From a virus (lineage: Duplodnaviria > Caudoviricetes): a DNA stretch of 60,730 bases. Each line of letters begins with the position of its first letter. Within the stretch, counting starts at the first letter, position 1. Location of the stretch: the IMG/VR virus record IMGVR_UViG_3300028844_003505, positions 1 to 60,730 of that record. One strand, written 5' to 3'. Below, in pieces: positions 9,898 to 21,133 of the stretch. A model generated the notes under the pieces. The model was not told where the DNA came from and searched no databases. It was given only the letters and a program-made list of their open reading frames with translations. The position numbers were made by a program, and so were the translations under genes.

Positions 9898-10326
9898 ATG
9901 ATACCAAAAGAAATTTTTAAAGAAGCAGAACAAGACGTAAAATACGGAACAGACTTAGCATCCGAGTCGTTAAAAATTCCAGAACTTCACTCAAAATATC
10001 TAAACAGACATTATTATGAAAAAGGTAAATTGAGAGAACTAACAGCAAAATTCAAAAAACTCAAAAAAGAAAAAGAATTATACTACGATGGAAAAGCTGA
10101 TCCCGAAGTTTACAAACAAAAGCCATTCCCCCTCAAATTAAACAAGATACAAATCAAACAACATATAGAGAGTGATGATGATGTTATCGACATGCAAAAA
10201 GATATTGACGATACAAATGATCTCATAGATTTTTATAAAGATGTAGTTTCCGATATAAACAAAAGATCGTACTCAATAACGAATGCGATTAAATGGAAAG
10301 AATTTACCAGTGGTAAAAACGGTTGA
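9898..10326 (+). CDS. uvsY: Recombination mediator UvsY
   Basis: LASESLKIPELHSKY, YYDGKADPEVY..KPF, RSYSITNAIKWKEF motifs. Confidence 0.93.
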   Translation: MIPKEIFKEAEQDVKYGTDLASESLKIPELHSKYLNRHYYEKGKLRELTAKFKKLKKEKELYYDGKADPEVYKQKPFPLKLNKIQIKQHIESDDDVIDMQKDIDDTNDLIDFYKDVVSDINKRSYSITNAIKWKEFTSGKNG

Positions 10327-11797
10327 TCTATCAATAACCAAAGTTAATGAAGTTTACATACACATAGACTGTGAAGATGGGATATCAAGAGAACTCCGAG
10401 AACATTTTACTTTTGAAGTGCCAAATTTCAAATTCATGCCGAAGTACAAATCTGGATTGTGGGATGGCAAAATCCGACTATTTCAATACAATAATACGAT
10501 ATATCTTGGACTGATCGAAAAGATCAAGAAATTCTGTGATATTTTTCAGTATACTTACGAAATAGAACCATCTTTATTGGTGACTTTTCCAGAAGATGCA
10601 ACATCATGGATTAAGTCATTAGATTTGTATTATAAACAAAAACCTATCGAAGCCTATTGGTATCAAATAAAAGCCGTTAATTCTGGCGTACAGGCTCCCA
10701 GAAGCACCTTTGAGTGTCCTACCGGGAGTGGTAAATCATTGATGATATACGCATGGCTAAGATGGTTCCTACCAAAGACAAAAAAGAAGCTATTATTGAT
10801 CGTTCCAAGTCAACAATTGGTGGAACAAATGTACTCCGATTTCAACCATTATTCATACAAAAATGGGTGGGATACAGATAAATATTGCTATCGACAATAT
10901 TCTGGACAAGAAAAACAACTTGACAAGAAAATATGGATAACAACTTGGCAGAGTATTTACAAACAACCAACAAAATTCTTTGATCAATTTGAAGTGTGTA
11001 TTGGTGATGAAGCGCATCATGCAACAGCACAATCATTAACAAATATTCTTACTCGACTAGAAAAGTGTCCAGTTAAAATTGGAACAACTGGTAGTCTTTC
11101 AGAGTCAACTACTCATAAATTAGTGGTGGAAGGATTATTCGGTCCCATACATAAAGTAGTAAATACCAAACAATTGATGGATGAAGGATATCTGGCTAAC
11201 TTAAAAATAAAATGTGTTCTGATTCGTCATAATGATACAATATCGAAACAGGTACGAGGTTTAAAGTATGCAGAAGAAATAAAATTTCTAATGGAGTATC
11301 AGAAACGAAATAACTTTGTAAAGAAACTTGCGCTATCGCTTCAGGGTAATACATTAATATTGTTTAATTTAGTTGACACACATGGTAAAATATTATATAA
11401 TGATATAAAGAATGCTACATCTAGACCAGTATATATTATTCATGGTAAGGCTGGAGAAATAAAGGCTAAGGATCGTGAAATAATAAGAGAACAAATGGAA
11501 TCAGAATCTGATGCTATTTTACTGGCTTCTTATGGAGTGTTTTCAACTGGTGTGAATATTAAGAATCTACAGAATTTAATATTAGCACATCCATTTAAAT
11601 CACAAATAAGAATCCTTCAATCTATCGGTAGAGTCCTAAGACTGGATGAAAAAGATAATGAAGCTGTATTATATGATATAGCTGATAACTGTTCTTTAGG
11701 AAAAACAGCTAACTTTACCTTGAAACATTGGATGAAAAGAATGGAATTATATAATCAACAAGACTTTGATTATGAAGTATTTAACTTTACTTTCTAG
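10310..11797 (+). CDS. uvsW: SF2 helicase UvsW
   Basis: WDGKIRLF, PTGSGKS, DEAH, GTTGSL, STGVNIKNL, QSIGRVLR; start codon approximate. Confidence 0.96.
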   Translation: MVKTVDLSITKVNEVYIHIDCEDGISRELREHFTFEVPNFKFMPKYKSGLWDGKIRLFQYNNTIYLGLIEKIKKFCDIFQYTYEIEPSLLVTFPEDATSWIKSLDLYYKQKPIEAYWYQIKAVNSGVQAPRSTFECPTGSGKSLMIYAWLRWFLPKTKKKLLLIVPSQQLVEQMYSDFNHYSYKNGWDTDKYCYRQYSGQEKQLDKKIWITTWQSIYKQPTKFFDQFEVCIGDEAHHATAQSLTNILTRLEKCPVKIGTTGSLSESTTHKLVVEGLFGPIHKVVNTKQLMDEGYLANLKIKCVLIRHNDTISKQVRGLKYAEEIKFLMEYQKRNNFVKKLALSLQGNTLILFNLVDTHGKILYNDIKNATSRPVYIIHGKAGEIKAKDREIIREQMESESDAILLASYGVFSTGVNIKNLQNLILAHPFKSQIRILQSIGRVLRLDEKDNEAVLYDIADNCSLGKTANFTLKHWMKRMELYNQQDFDYEVFNFTF

Positions 11798-12184
11798 GAG
11801 AGATATTATGAAATTAAATAATACTATTATATGTGAACGGTGTGCATCATCAGATGTTGATCATGTATCGGATGGAATAACTAATTATAAAGTGGTTGTT
11901 GATTATGTTTGTTCTGATTGTGATTTATTCTTTACTGTACCAACCAAAGTATCAATACAAGATTATGTTGCTAATGAAAAGATTATATCAGAAGTTGATA
12001 TTTATATCAATCGAGGATTGATATAAATGAGTATCTGTGATATGCAACATGTTAATAACAGACTACTAAAAAGTAACAGACTGTTTAAAATAGAACTTAT
12101 ATAACTTAAACCAGAACATAAACAGGATAACAGGTTTGGGTGCCTTTGTCAAGATATTATTTTATAATTTGAAAGGAAGCTATA

Positions 12185-12706
12185 ATGGAAGACTTTGATA
12201 AATTGAAAGAAGAGAAGAACAGAGTATTAGAAAATGAAGAAATGACAAAACGAATAGTTAAAGTTGGAATAAAATATGATGGTGCATCGGAGAATATTCC
12301 CAGAAGACAGACTAAGTTTTCTTCTGGTATGGATGTGTGTGCTTATATTAAAGAAGGTGGATGGATTGATATACCACCAAGAGAAACAGTACTTATAAAA
12401 ACTGGTATGTATTTGGATATCCCGAAGGGATATGAAGTACATATTAGAGGTAGATCAGGAATGGCTATTAGAGATGGTATTTTGTGTCATTACGGAACTA
12501 TCGATTCAGATTATCATGATGAAGTAGGAATTATATTACACAACACAACAAATGAAGAATTTACTATATATGATAAAAATAGAATTGCTCAAATGTTTAT
12601 ACAACCAGTATATAATATTGAGTGGAATTTTGTATCAGATGCACAATTTGAATTATCAAAAAAGAATACCCGAAATGGAGGATTTGGATCAACTGGAAAG
12701 ACATAA
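12185..12706 (+). CDS. dut: Trimeric dUTPase
   Basis: SGMDV, GRSGMA, GTIDSDY, RIAQ, RNGGFGSTG motifs. Confidence 0.96.
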   Translation: MEDFDKLKEEKNRVLENEEMTKRIVKVGIKYDGASENIPRRQTKFSSGMDVCAYIKEGGWIDIPPRETVLIKTGMYLDIPKGYEVHIRGRSGMAIRDGILCHYGTIDSDYHDEVGIILHNTTNEEFTIYDKNRIAQMFIQPVYNIEWNFVSDAQFELSKKNTRNGGFGSTGKT

Positions 12707-12723
12707 ACAGTTGATGCTTTTAC

Positions 12724-13284
12724 ATGGAAGATAACCATTATGTAGACAACAAAAAATTCTTAACTGCATTAAAACAATACAAAGATATTGTGGATGAAGC
12801 TGAGAATTCTGGTGATGAAAAACCAGAGGTTCCAGAGTACATAGCAGAATGTATTATTAAAATCGCAGAGGCATTATCATACAAACAGAATTTTTTGAAT
12901 TACACTTTCAAAGAGGATATGATTTCTGATGGTATTGAAAATTGTTTGACGTATGTTTCTAATTTTGATCCTATAAAATATAGTAACCCATTTGCGTATT
13001 TTACACAGATTGCTTATTATGCTTTTGTAAGACGAATCACTAGAGAGAAAAAACAATATTATATAAAATATAAGTTGATAGAAAATTCTGGAGTTATGGA
13101 CAATCTTGTTGGATATCAAGAACAAGATGAAAATGAATATATGTTAAATTCTTATAAGGAATATTTGCGTAGTCACGCAACGTATAATGATTATTATGAA
13201 AAAGAACAAATTAAAAAACAAAGACGAAAGCAACAAAGAAAAGATAAAAACGCAAGTACAAAAAATATCAAAAAAAGCAAGTGA
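12724..13284 (+). CDS. gp55: Late-transcription sigma factor gp55
   Basis: HYVDNKKF, YTFKEDMISDGIENC, NPFAYFTQIAYYAFVRRI motifs. Confidence 0.96.
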   Translation: MEDNHYVDNKKFLTALKQYKDIVDEAENSGDEKPEVPEYIAECIIKIAEALSYKQNFLNYTFKEDMISDGIENCLTYVSNFDPIKYSNPFAYFTQIAYYAFVRRITREKKQYYIKYKLIENSGVMDNLVGYQEQDENEYMLNSYKEYLRSHATYNDYYEKEQIKKQRRKQQRKDKNASTKNIKKSK

Positions 13285-14104
13285 TTGGTATAATGAAAAT
13301 TCTGGGGAGTTAGATTGTGAAGGTTCTGATATATTTGAATCTATATTTGAAGTTTTAACATATATGGAGGATATTATTTCTGAGCTGTATGAAGTCAAAG
13401 ATGAAGCTATTACACTACGAAGCGATTTAGAAAAAAAGATCAAACTGTACAAAAAAATTGTACAATATCATGATATATTAGATGTTGAAAATCAAAAAAT
13501 TGGAAAACAATCTGCGGCGTATTTGGATATTATTGATTGGTGTATAAATCAATTACGAGATAAAGAAAAAATAGATCAAATATTGGATAAGCTTAGTAAA
13601 GTTACTGAAATAAATTTTGCTAATATCCTACCAACACCTATTCAATTAGATGATGGCACTTTCTCTGTTCAATTTAATGAAAATATGGATTTATCTGATT
13701 CTGCAAATTGGATAATGCATAGTCAAAAGTCGAATCATTTGTGGAATGATCTTGATAAAATAGAACCACAAACAGAACCACAAACAGAACCACAAACAGA
13801 ACCACAAACAGAACCACAAACAGAACCAATTAACCCAATTAATGGAGAGGTCCATGTCATCAATCATAATGGAGATGTCGTAGCGGGTGCATATGTACAA
13901 ATAATTAATAATTATGGTACTATTCCAATAGCATCTGCTATTACTAATCAGTTTGGCAAGTGTAATCTAATAATTCCAAGTCCCTTATATCACTCAGATT
14001 TATCAATAGAAGTATCAGAAACATCAAAGAGTGGATTTGTAAAAAACAATATTAAAACCACTATATTTCCTGCAACAGATTTTTCTGTAAGAATAATTAT
14101 ATGA
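13187..14104 (+). CDS. Hypothetical protein: coiled coil, EPQT linker, Ig/carboxypeptidase-regulatory-like C-terminal domain
   Basis: GDVVAGAYVQI..AITNQFG beta motif; true start uncertain. Confidence 0.55.
   Translation: MIIMKKNKLKNKDESNKEKIKTQVQKISKKASDWYNENSGELDCEGSDIFESIFEVLTYMEDIISELYEVKDEAITLRSDLEKKIKLYKKIVQYHDILDVENQKIGKQSAAYLDIIDWCINQLRDKEKIDQILDKLSKVTEINFANILPTPIQLDDGTFSVQFNENMDLSDSANWIMHSQKSNHLWNDLDKIEPQTEPQTEPQTEPQTEPQTEPINPINGEVHVINHNGDVVAGAYVQIINNYGTIPIASAITNQFGKCNLIIPSPLYHSDLSIEVSETSKSGFVKNNIKTTIFPATDFSVRIII
13762..13828 (+). repeat. 12-nt tandem repeat (AGAACCACAAAC x5.5) encoding EPQT
   Basis: Read directly from sequence. Confidence 0.95.
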
Positions 14105-15168
14105 AAATAGCAATAATTACCGACACACATTTTGGAGCAAAGAATGATTCTCTGATATTTTCTAATTATATTATGAATTTTTATTTGAATATATTTTTTC
14201 CATACCTGATCAAACATAAAATAACACATGTAATTCATTTGGGAGATATGTTTGATCGAAGAAAATATATAAATTTTGAAATTCTAGAACGGTTTGAAAA
14301 TATGTTTATGAAGCAGTTATATAATCACCAGATTAATCTAACTATATTAACTGGAAATCATGATGTATATTATAAAAATACAAACAGATTAAATTCCTTG
14401 GATTTGTTATTGAGAGAGGGTTTGTATCAAGATTTATTAGTTTTGAATCATACACACACAATAAAATTGAATAACACTGAAATACTTTTAATTCCTTGGA
14501 TCAATGAAGAAAATTATAATGAAACTATACAAAGTATAAAGAACTCGAAAGCTAAAATTGTTCTTGGTCATTTAGAACTTGCTGGGTTTCCTATGTATAA
14601 AGGAATGACTAATCAAGAGGGTATGGATACAACTATATTTAAAAAATTTGATTTGGTTTGTTCAGGACATTTTCATCATAGATCAACAAAAGGAAACATT
14701 CATTATTTAGGATGCCCGTATGAAATTACATGGGCTGATTTTAACGATCCAAAGGGATTTCATATACTTGATACAACAACACAAGATTTAGAGTTCGTTG
14801 AAAATCCATTGAAGTTGTTTTATAAAATAATATATGATGATAAAACGACTGACTATATGACAGAACCTGTAGACATTTATAAAAACAGATATGTGAAACT
14901 TATTGTGAAGAATAAAGGGTGTGATAAGATGTATGATTATTTTGTTAATAACCTATATAATATTAATCCTGCAAACGTGGTAATATTAGATAATCTTGAT
15001 GATTATTCAGTAAGACAACATCAAACAAAGGATGTTGATGTAGAGGATACTTCAAAATTTATTACTAATTATGTTGGTGATATGGATTTGGTAGATGATC
15101 ACAAAAAAGAACTGGACGATAGATTATTAAACACTTATACGAAAGCATTGAAAATAGATAGCGAATGA
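14101..15168 (+). CDS. gp47: Recombination endonuclease gp47 (Mre11/SbcD-like)
   Basis: DTHFG, HLGDMFDRRK, GNHD, GHLE, SGHFH motifs. Confidence 0.96.
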   Translation: MKIAIITDTHFGAKNDSLIFSNYIMNFYLNIFFPYLIKHKITHVIHLGDMFDRRKYINFEILERFENMFMKQLYNHQINLTILTGNHDVYYKNTNRLNSLDLLLREGLYQDLLVLNHTHTIKLNNTEILLIPWINEENYNETIQSIKNSKAKIVLGHLELAGFPMYKGMTNQEGMDTTIFKKFDLVCSGHFHHRSTKGNIHYLGCPYEITWADFNDPKGFHILDTTTQDLEFVENPLKLFYKIIYDDKTTDYMTEPVDIYKNRYVKLIVKNKGCDKMYDYFVNNLYNINPANVVILDNLDDYSVRQHQTKDVDVEDTSKFITNYVGDMDLVDDHKKELDDRLLNTYTKALKIDSE

Positions 15169-16868
15169 TAACATTAAAAAGTATAAAATTTAAAAATTTC
15201 TTATCAGTTGGAAATACATTTGAGACTGTTTATTTAAACAAATATCCTTCCGTATTAATCAGAGGAAAAAATGGACAGGGAAAATCATTGGTTATAGATG
15301 CAATAACTTTTGCATTATTTGGAAAACCATTTAAGAAGATAAACAAACCACAGATGGTTAATTCTATAAATGGAAAAAACCTTGAAGTGCAATTGGAATT
15401 TTCTATAGGAACCAAAGAATATAAAGTTGTGCGGGGAATCAAGCCTGTTATGTTTGAGATATGGTGTGATGATATATTAATCAATCAAGATTCTAAAGCA
15501 AGAGATTATCAAAAGTTCTTAGAAGAATCTGTATTGAAATTGAATTATAAATCATTCACACAAATTGTAGTTCTTGGGTCTGCTTCTTTCGTTCCTTTTA
15601 TGCAACTAACGCCAAATGATCGAAGAATCATAATTGAAGATATTTTGGATATAAAAATATTCTCTGTTATGAAAGATATTGTAAAGGCTGATAGTGGTAT
15701 TATAAAGGAGCAACTGGAGAATATTGCTAATCAATTGGAGTTGACTAAAGAAAAAATAAAAATTCAACAACATCATATCAATATCCGAAACAAAGATAAT
15801 CAAGAGCGTATAGATGAACTAACAAAGGAATCGGATAAGTTAGATGATGTTATAGCAGATTGTATAGCTAAGAACGTACAGTACGAAAATGATATAGATT
15901 CGTTTGTTCTTACCGATGTAAGACTGCAAAGTAAACAGTTGAACAAACTTAATAATTTAAAATACACAATCGAAAATAATATCAATAATCACAAAACCCA
16001 GAAAAGTTTTTATGAAAATAATAGTGAGTGTCCGTCCTGTATGCAAGATATTACTAATGATTATAAAGAACTTATGATCGAAAAAAATTCCAGTGATATT
16101 TTGGAAATGGAAGTCGCTATTAAAAATATTGATGAAGCTATACGGGGGTGTACTATTGCTATACAGTTACATAATAATAATACGAGTGCTATAAATGATA
16201 TTCATAATAAAATTACACAAAATAATTTTGTAATAAATACATCAACAAATAGTAAAAAAAATATAGCTGAAGAAATTGTTGGATTGAGTTCTATTAAGAA
16301 TAATAGTTTTGAAGATAATCTTACAGATTTACAAAAGACATCTGTTGACCTATTAGATAAAAAAACTAACCACCTTGATGATAAATTCTACACAGATATT
16401 ATGTTGAACGTGTTAAATGATTCTGGTATTAGAACAAGAATTATTGATAATTATATACCCATAATAAATACACGAGTAAATGAATATCTTAGTGATATGG
16501 ATTTTTTTGCAAATTTTGAACTTGATAAACATTTTAATGAAACTATAAAGAGTAGATATCGAGATGAATTTTCGTACAATTCATTTTCCGAGGGAGAAAA
16601 GAAACGAATTGATATTGCTTTGTTGTTAACATGGAGAGATATTGCAACCATTAAAAATTCAGTCAATATTAATTTACTTATAATGGATGAAGTATTTGAT
16701 TCTTCTTTGGATGAATTAGGAGTAGAAGATTTATCTAAACTGTTTTATAATTTGAAAAATACTAACTTGTTTATTATTTCTCATAGAGGGGATTTACTCG
16801 AAGATAAATTTCAAAATAAAATTGATGTGGCGAAAGTTAAAAATTTCACTGTATATAAGGAGTCTTAA
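15165..16868 (+). CDS. gp46: Recombination ATPase gp46 (Rad50/SbcC-like)
   Basis: GKNGQGKS, CPSC zinc hook, FSEGEKKRID, MDEVFD motifs. Confidence 0.97.
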   Translation: MITLKSIKFKNFLSVGNTFETVYLNKYPSVLIRGKNGQGKSLVIDAITFALFGKPFKKINKPQMVNSINGKNLEVQLEFSIGTKEYKVVRGIKPVMFEIWCDDILINQDSKARDYQKFLEESVLKLNYKSFTQIVVLGSASFVPFMQLTPNDRRIIIEDILDIKIFSVMKDIVKADSGIIKEQLENIANQLELTKEKIKIQQHHINIRNKDNQERIDELTKESDKLDDVIADCIAKNVQYENDIDSFVLTDVRLQSKQLNKLNNLKYTIENNINNHKTQKSFYENNSECPSCMQDITNDYKELMIEKNSSDILEMEVAIKNIDEAIRGCTIAIQLHNNNTSAINDIHNKITQNNFVINTSTNSKKNIAEEIVGLSSIKNNSFEDNLTDLQKTSVDLLDKKTNHLDDKFYTDIMLNVLNDSGIRTRIIDNYIPIINTRVNEYLSDMDFFANFELDKHFNETIKSRYRDEFSYNSFSEGEKKRIDIALLLTWRDIATIKNSVNINLLIMDEVFDSSLDELGVEDLSKLFYNLKNTNLFIISHRGDLLEDKFQNKIDVAKVKNFTVYKES

Positions 16869-16870
16869 TA

Positions 16871-17059
16871 ATGCCATCATATACATACAAATGTAATAAG
16901 TGTAAAAAAGAAAGTGTACATTACATACCGATCCAAGATAGAAACAAACTATTAAAATGTAAGTGCAAAGGATCATTGAAGCGTCAAGTAGATAGCTTTT
17001 CTTTTATATTGAAAGGTAGTGGGTGGGCCAGAGATGGTTATAGTAATAAAAACCAATAG
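16871..17059 (+). CDS. FmdB-family zinc-ribbon protein
   Basis: MPSYTYKCNKC...FILKGSGWARDGY. Confidence 0.8.
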   Translation: MPSYTYKCNKCKKESVHYIPIQDRNKLLKCKCKGSLKRQVDSFSFILKGSGWARDGYSNKNQ

Positions 17060-17133
17060 AACTTGACTTTAGGTAATTTAAATCTTATATAATACGGACC
17101 ACAATTACAAACATTATAATAGGAGATAACCGT

Positions 17134-17454
17134 ATGTGGGATTTAGTAAGAGAATATGATAATAGACCAAAATATAAACTAAGAACTAATTATACAGTAC
17201 TTGATAAAGATGGTTCGTATGATATAGAAATAGAAGTGCCGAGATACAAAAATGAAAATTTATCAATTGAAGTAAATCAAAATATTATAGAGGTTGTTGG
17301 GAATATAAATGATGAAGTTGGATTTATTAAAAGATTTCGGTTGACATCTGATATGGACGGTGATAATATAACCAGTAACTTAGCTTATGGAGTGTTAACT
17401 ATAAATATACCATTGAATATTGAAGCAAAACCTAAGCAAATCCAAATAAAATAA
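17134..17454 (+). CDS. Small heat-shock protein (Hsp20)
   Basis: IEIEVP, FIKRFRL, AYGVLTINIP motifs. Confidence 0.85.
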   Translation: MWDLVREYDNRPKYKLRTNYTVLDKDGSYDIEIEVPRYKNENLSIEVNQNIIEVVGNINDEVGFIKRFRLTSDMDGDNITSNLAYGVLTINIPLNIEAKPKQIQIK

Positions 17455-17605
17455 TATGTTGACATTTTGGTAAAAATTTGTTACACTATAGTACAAGATT
17501 ATGAATAGATACTACAAACCAGTTCTATACTTTTTAATTTCTCCTTTTTGTATATAAATTAACTGGTTTGTAGTATCGGTTTTGATAATGAAAGGTTTAT
17601 ATATT

Positions 17606-19837
17606 ATGGCAACTAGCTCAAAATCCAGACGAAAAAAACGACTTAATGTTAGAAGAAAAGATGTTAGTACTACAAGTAAAGGTATCTTAGCCAAATTACT
17701 TGCTTCTGAAAATATCGAAATTCAACATCATGCTCACGCTCATACTGCATCTTTCGATGTTGTTAATCGAGTATTGACCCTTCCTGTTTTTAAAAACATG
17801 TCTAAAGAAATGTATGACTGGTTTATCGGTCATGAAGTTGGACATGCTTTATTTACTCCGAACTACTTACCCGAAAATTTTACAGACCCAACGTACAAAG
17901 AATATATTAATGTAGTGGAAGATATTCGAGTTGATAAAAAGATTCAACGAAAATATCCCGGTCTGAAATTTGATTATTCAAAAGGTAAAACCGATTTCTT
18001 GAAAATGCAGGAAAAGCATTTTCAAGATGCTAAGAAAAAAAACAAAAATAAAACTCATGTTGATATGTTGGACGGTATGAAGAAATTTATTGACCGAATC
18101 AATATCAGTTCAAAGGTTCCAGAAAGTCTTTATAAAGTTGACTTCACAAAAGAAGAACAAAAGTGGGTTGATCGAATCAACGATGCTGAATCTTTTAGTG
18201 ATGCTGAAATTATTTCAAAAGAATTGTTTGAGTATTGCCAAGAAGAACTTAGAAAAGAACAAGAAGAGTTGGAACAAGAACAAAATCAGAACCAACAGTC
18301 TTCTAGTAATTCTGGAAATTCTGGGGCTAGTTGTGATATTGGTGATCCATCTGGTAGTGCAAACGACACTACCAAATTAGAAGAAGATGAAAATGAATCT
18401 AAAACAACTTCCGATGAAGAAGAGAAAGAAGAAGAAGAAGAGAAAGAAGAAGATTCTGATGAAAATGAAGATGAAGAAGATTCTGATGAAGATGAAGATG
18501 AAGATTCCGATGAAGTAGAAGAAGATGAAAATGATAGTAGTTCTGGCAATTGCGGTGGAGTTGGGAATGGAACTAATAGTATTGCTCCACAAAGTACAAA
18601 ATATTTTGAAGACCTAAAAGATAAACAGGTTGATTATAATGCAAAGGTACAAATATATACTGAAATTCCTTCGCACAATATTGCAAACTTAATTGTTGGT
18701 CATAAAACTCTACATAATTCTATCTCTACATATTACAAAAATAATAAGAACAACTGTGGACCATTTCTTACTGATGTTAAAAAGAATGTAGAGAATTTTA
18801 AAACCAATAATAAAGCTATTGTAAATTCTTTTTATAAAGAGTTTGAAATGAAAAAAAGAGCGGAACAATACGCTAAAACAAGAGAATCTAAAAGTGGTGT
18901 TATTGATACCAACAAATTATCTTCTTATAAGTTTAAAGATGATATTTTTAGACGTGGTGAAATAGTACCAAATTCTAAAAATCATGGATTGGTTATGTTT
19001 GTTGATTGGTCTGGTTCTATGTCGGATGTTATTGTTTCTGTTATGGAGCAGATTACTATTCTAGTTTTGTTTTGTAGAAAAGCTGGTATCAAGTTTCAAG
19101 TATTAGCTTTTAGTGATTCTTATCATAATCGTAGTTCGAAACCTATGTATAAAAATTGCCAAGCTTCAAATACATATTTGGAATTTGGTGATTTTAAATT
19201 ATTAGAACTTTTTAATTCTAATATGAGTTCCAGAGAATTTTCTACAGCTATGTTTAATTCTAGTGCGGTTGCTATGGCATGTCGATCATATGGACATCAA
19301 CCATCTAATATGGGTTTGGGTGGAACCCCATTAAATAGTTGTATTGTTTCTGCTACTGAATGTATTGAGTTGTTTAAAAAACAAAACAATATCGAGATCA
19401 TTAATACCATTTTTCTAACTGATGGTGCATCTAATTGGGGATATTCAGTAACAAAAAATAAACGTCCTATTACTTTTGATCGGGATCGTGATAAACTTCT
19501 AGTTAAAGGTGTGAATGGTTTTACACCTGTTGATGCATCTGGTGGTAATATGACAGAAAATTTATTAACGAGATTGCAAGGTGAAATTGATACCAATGTT
19601 ATTGGTTTCTTTCTAACCAAAAATTCGAGGTCAAAAGTAAATGATGGATATACTGTCAAGGAAAATAAAGGCGGGTATAATAAATTATTTACAATTAATG
19701 CTAGTAATTTCAGTAGTGGTAGGTTACAATTAACTAAGAAAACTTACGATGACTTGTTACTTGAAATGAAAAAGAACCAAAGAAGTATCAAAGGTCAACG
19801 GGCTTTTGTTAAAAGTTTTATTGAATTGATTGCTTAA
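17606..19837 (+). CDS. CobT-like protein (HExxH domain, acidic linker, vWA domain)
   Basis: GHEVGHALFT, NVVEDIR, MIDAS DWSGSM, GGTPL, FLTDG; paired with downstream AAA ATPase; follows promoter at 17459-17487. Confidence 0.85.
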   Translation: MATSSKSRRKKRLNVRRKDVSTTSKGILAKLLASENIEIQHHAHAHTASFDVVNRVLTLPVFKNMSKEMYDWFIGHEVGHALFTPNYLPENFTDPTYKEYINVVEDIRVDKKIQRKYPGLKFDYSKGKTDFLKMQEKHFQDAKKKNKNKTHVDMLDGMKKFIDRINISSKVPESLYKVDFTKEEQKWVDRINDAESFSDAEIISKELFEYCQEELRKEQEELEQEQNQNQQSSSNSGNSGASCDIGDPSGSANDTTKLEEDENESKTTSDEEEKEEEEEKEEDSDENEDEEDSDEDEDEDSDEVEEDENDSSSGNCGGVGNGTNSIAPQSTKYFEDLKDKQVDYNAKVQIYTEIPSHNIANLIVGHKTLHNSISTYYKNNKNNCGPFLTDVKKNVENFKTNNKAIVNSFYKEFEMKKRAEQYAKTRESKSGVIDTNKLSSYKFKDDIFRRGEIVPNSKNHGLVMFVDWSGSMSDVIVSVMEQITILVLFCRKAGIKFQVLAFSDSYHNRSSKPMYKNCQASNTYLEFGDFKLLELFNSNMSSREFSTAMFNSSAVAMACRSYGHQPSNMGLGGTPLNSCIVSATECIELFKKQNNIEIINTIFLTDGASNWGYSVTKNKRPITFDRDRDKLLVKGVNGFTPVDASGGNMTENLLTRLQGEIDTNVIGFFLTKNSRSKVNDGYTVKENKGGYNKLFTINASNFSSGRLQLTKKTYDDLLLEMKKNQRSIKGQRAFVKSFIELIA

Positions 19838-19866
19838 ATTATTAAAGAGAATTGGAGAATTATATT

Positions 19867-21054
19867 ATGGTAAAGAAATCTGCAATAGCTGGATTGAAGC
19901 GAAATAGTACTAAAGAATTTATTGAAAGTGCGGAAACGGAATATGGGAAACGTACTCATGGAATTGAAAAATTATCAAGAGCCGAAATTATTCATATTCG
20001 GGATAAGTACAAATTAGCTCTACCTGCTGGAACATTTTTGAAATGTAGAATTGATCGTGGTGAATTTGATTTGTCTAAACTTAAAGGAGATTATGATATG
20101 GAAAATGAAGAAGTTGTTGAAACCGAAGCGGTATTCTCAAACGCACTTCCCAAAGGGGATTTTCAGAGTGATCTTATCCCGGCAAAAGATAAACAGTATG
20201 TACCTTGGGGAAATTATAAAGATGTAAAAAAGATTGTCGAAAGTAAAGTTTTTGCTCCAGTATTTATCACTGGACTTTCTGGAAATGGTAAAACTTCGAT
20301 GGTAGAGCAAGTGTGTGCTAATACTGGTCGAGAATATATCCGGGTTAACATCACCATTGAAACTGATGAAGATGATCTTATGGGTGGGTTTCGTTTGGTT
20401 AATGGGGAAACTAAATGGTTCGATGGACCAGTTCCAGTTGCTATGGAACGTGGAGCGGTTTTACTTATTGATGAAATCGATCTTGGTGGAAATCGGTTGA
20501 TGTGTTTGCAACCTGTATTGGAAGGTAAACCCATTTACATGAAAAAAGTAAATCGAATGGTTATCCCAAAAGCAGGATTTACTATTGTGGCAACAGCCAA
20601 CACCAAAGGTAAATCTGATGATACCGGAAATTTCATTGGTACTAACGTATTGAATGAAGCATTTTTGGATCGATTTAAATTTACCATGATGCAACATTAC
20701 CCAAACAAGACGATTGAGAAAAACATCTTGACTAAAATCGCCACAAAATTGAAAATGGATAAAACGGTTTCAGATGAATTTATTGCACATCTAATCGTTT
20801 GGGCGCAAGGTACTAGAAATCTTTATCATGATGGTGAGTTGGAAGATGTTATCACCACTCGAAGATTGGTAAACATTCTTGAATCATTTAAGATTTTTGG
20901 AACGAAGAAAAAAGCTATCCAAATGTGTCTTGAACGATTTGACGATCATACCAAACAAGCTTATGTTGATTTTTACAAAAAACTTGACGAAGGTGCTGAT
21001 CCGTTTGATGAAAAAGCTCAATCAGAATCTACTGATACAGATAGTGACGAATAG
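19867..21054 (+). CDS. CobS/MoxR-like AAA+ ATPase
   Basis: GLSGNGKT, ETDEDDLMGG, LLIDEID, ATANTKG, NEAFLDRF, ITTRRL motifs. Confidence 0.9.
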   Translation: MVKKSAIAGLKRNSTKEFIESAETEYGKRTHGIEKLSRAEIIHIRDKYKLALPAGTFLKCRIDRGEFDLSKLKGDYDMENEEVVETEAVFSNALPKGDFQSDLIPAKDKQYVPWGNYKDVKKIVESKVFAPVFITGLSGNGKTSMVEQVCANTGREYIRVNITIETDEDDLMGGFRLVNGETKWFDGPVPVAMERGAVLLIDEIDLGGNRLMCLQPVLEGKPIYMKKVNRMVIPKAGFTIVATANTKGKSDDTGNFIGTNVLNEAFLDRFKFTMMQHYPNKTIEKNILTKIATKLKMDKTVSDEFIAHLIVWAQGTRNLYHDGELEDVITTRRLVNILESFKIFGTKKKAIQMCLERFDDHTKQAYVDFYKKLDEGADPFDEKAQSESTDTDSDE

Positions 21055-21133
21055 CATGTAGTATTTTATAAATATTATGAAAACGGTACTTGGTATATCC
21101 AAGTACCGTTTTTGTGTTCTCGATTGGAATAAT

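Noticed and set aside
18380-18540. GAAGAT-rich repeats (also 1905-1960 and 1-21)
   Set aside because: Simply encode acidic linkers.
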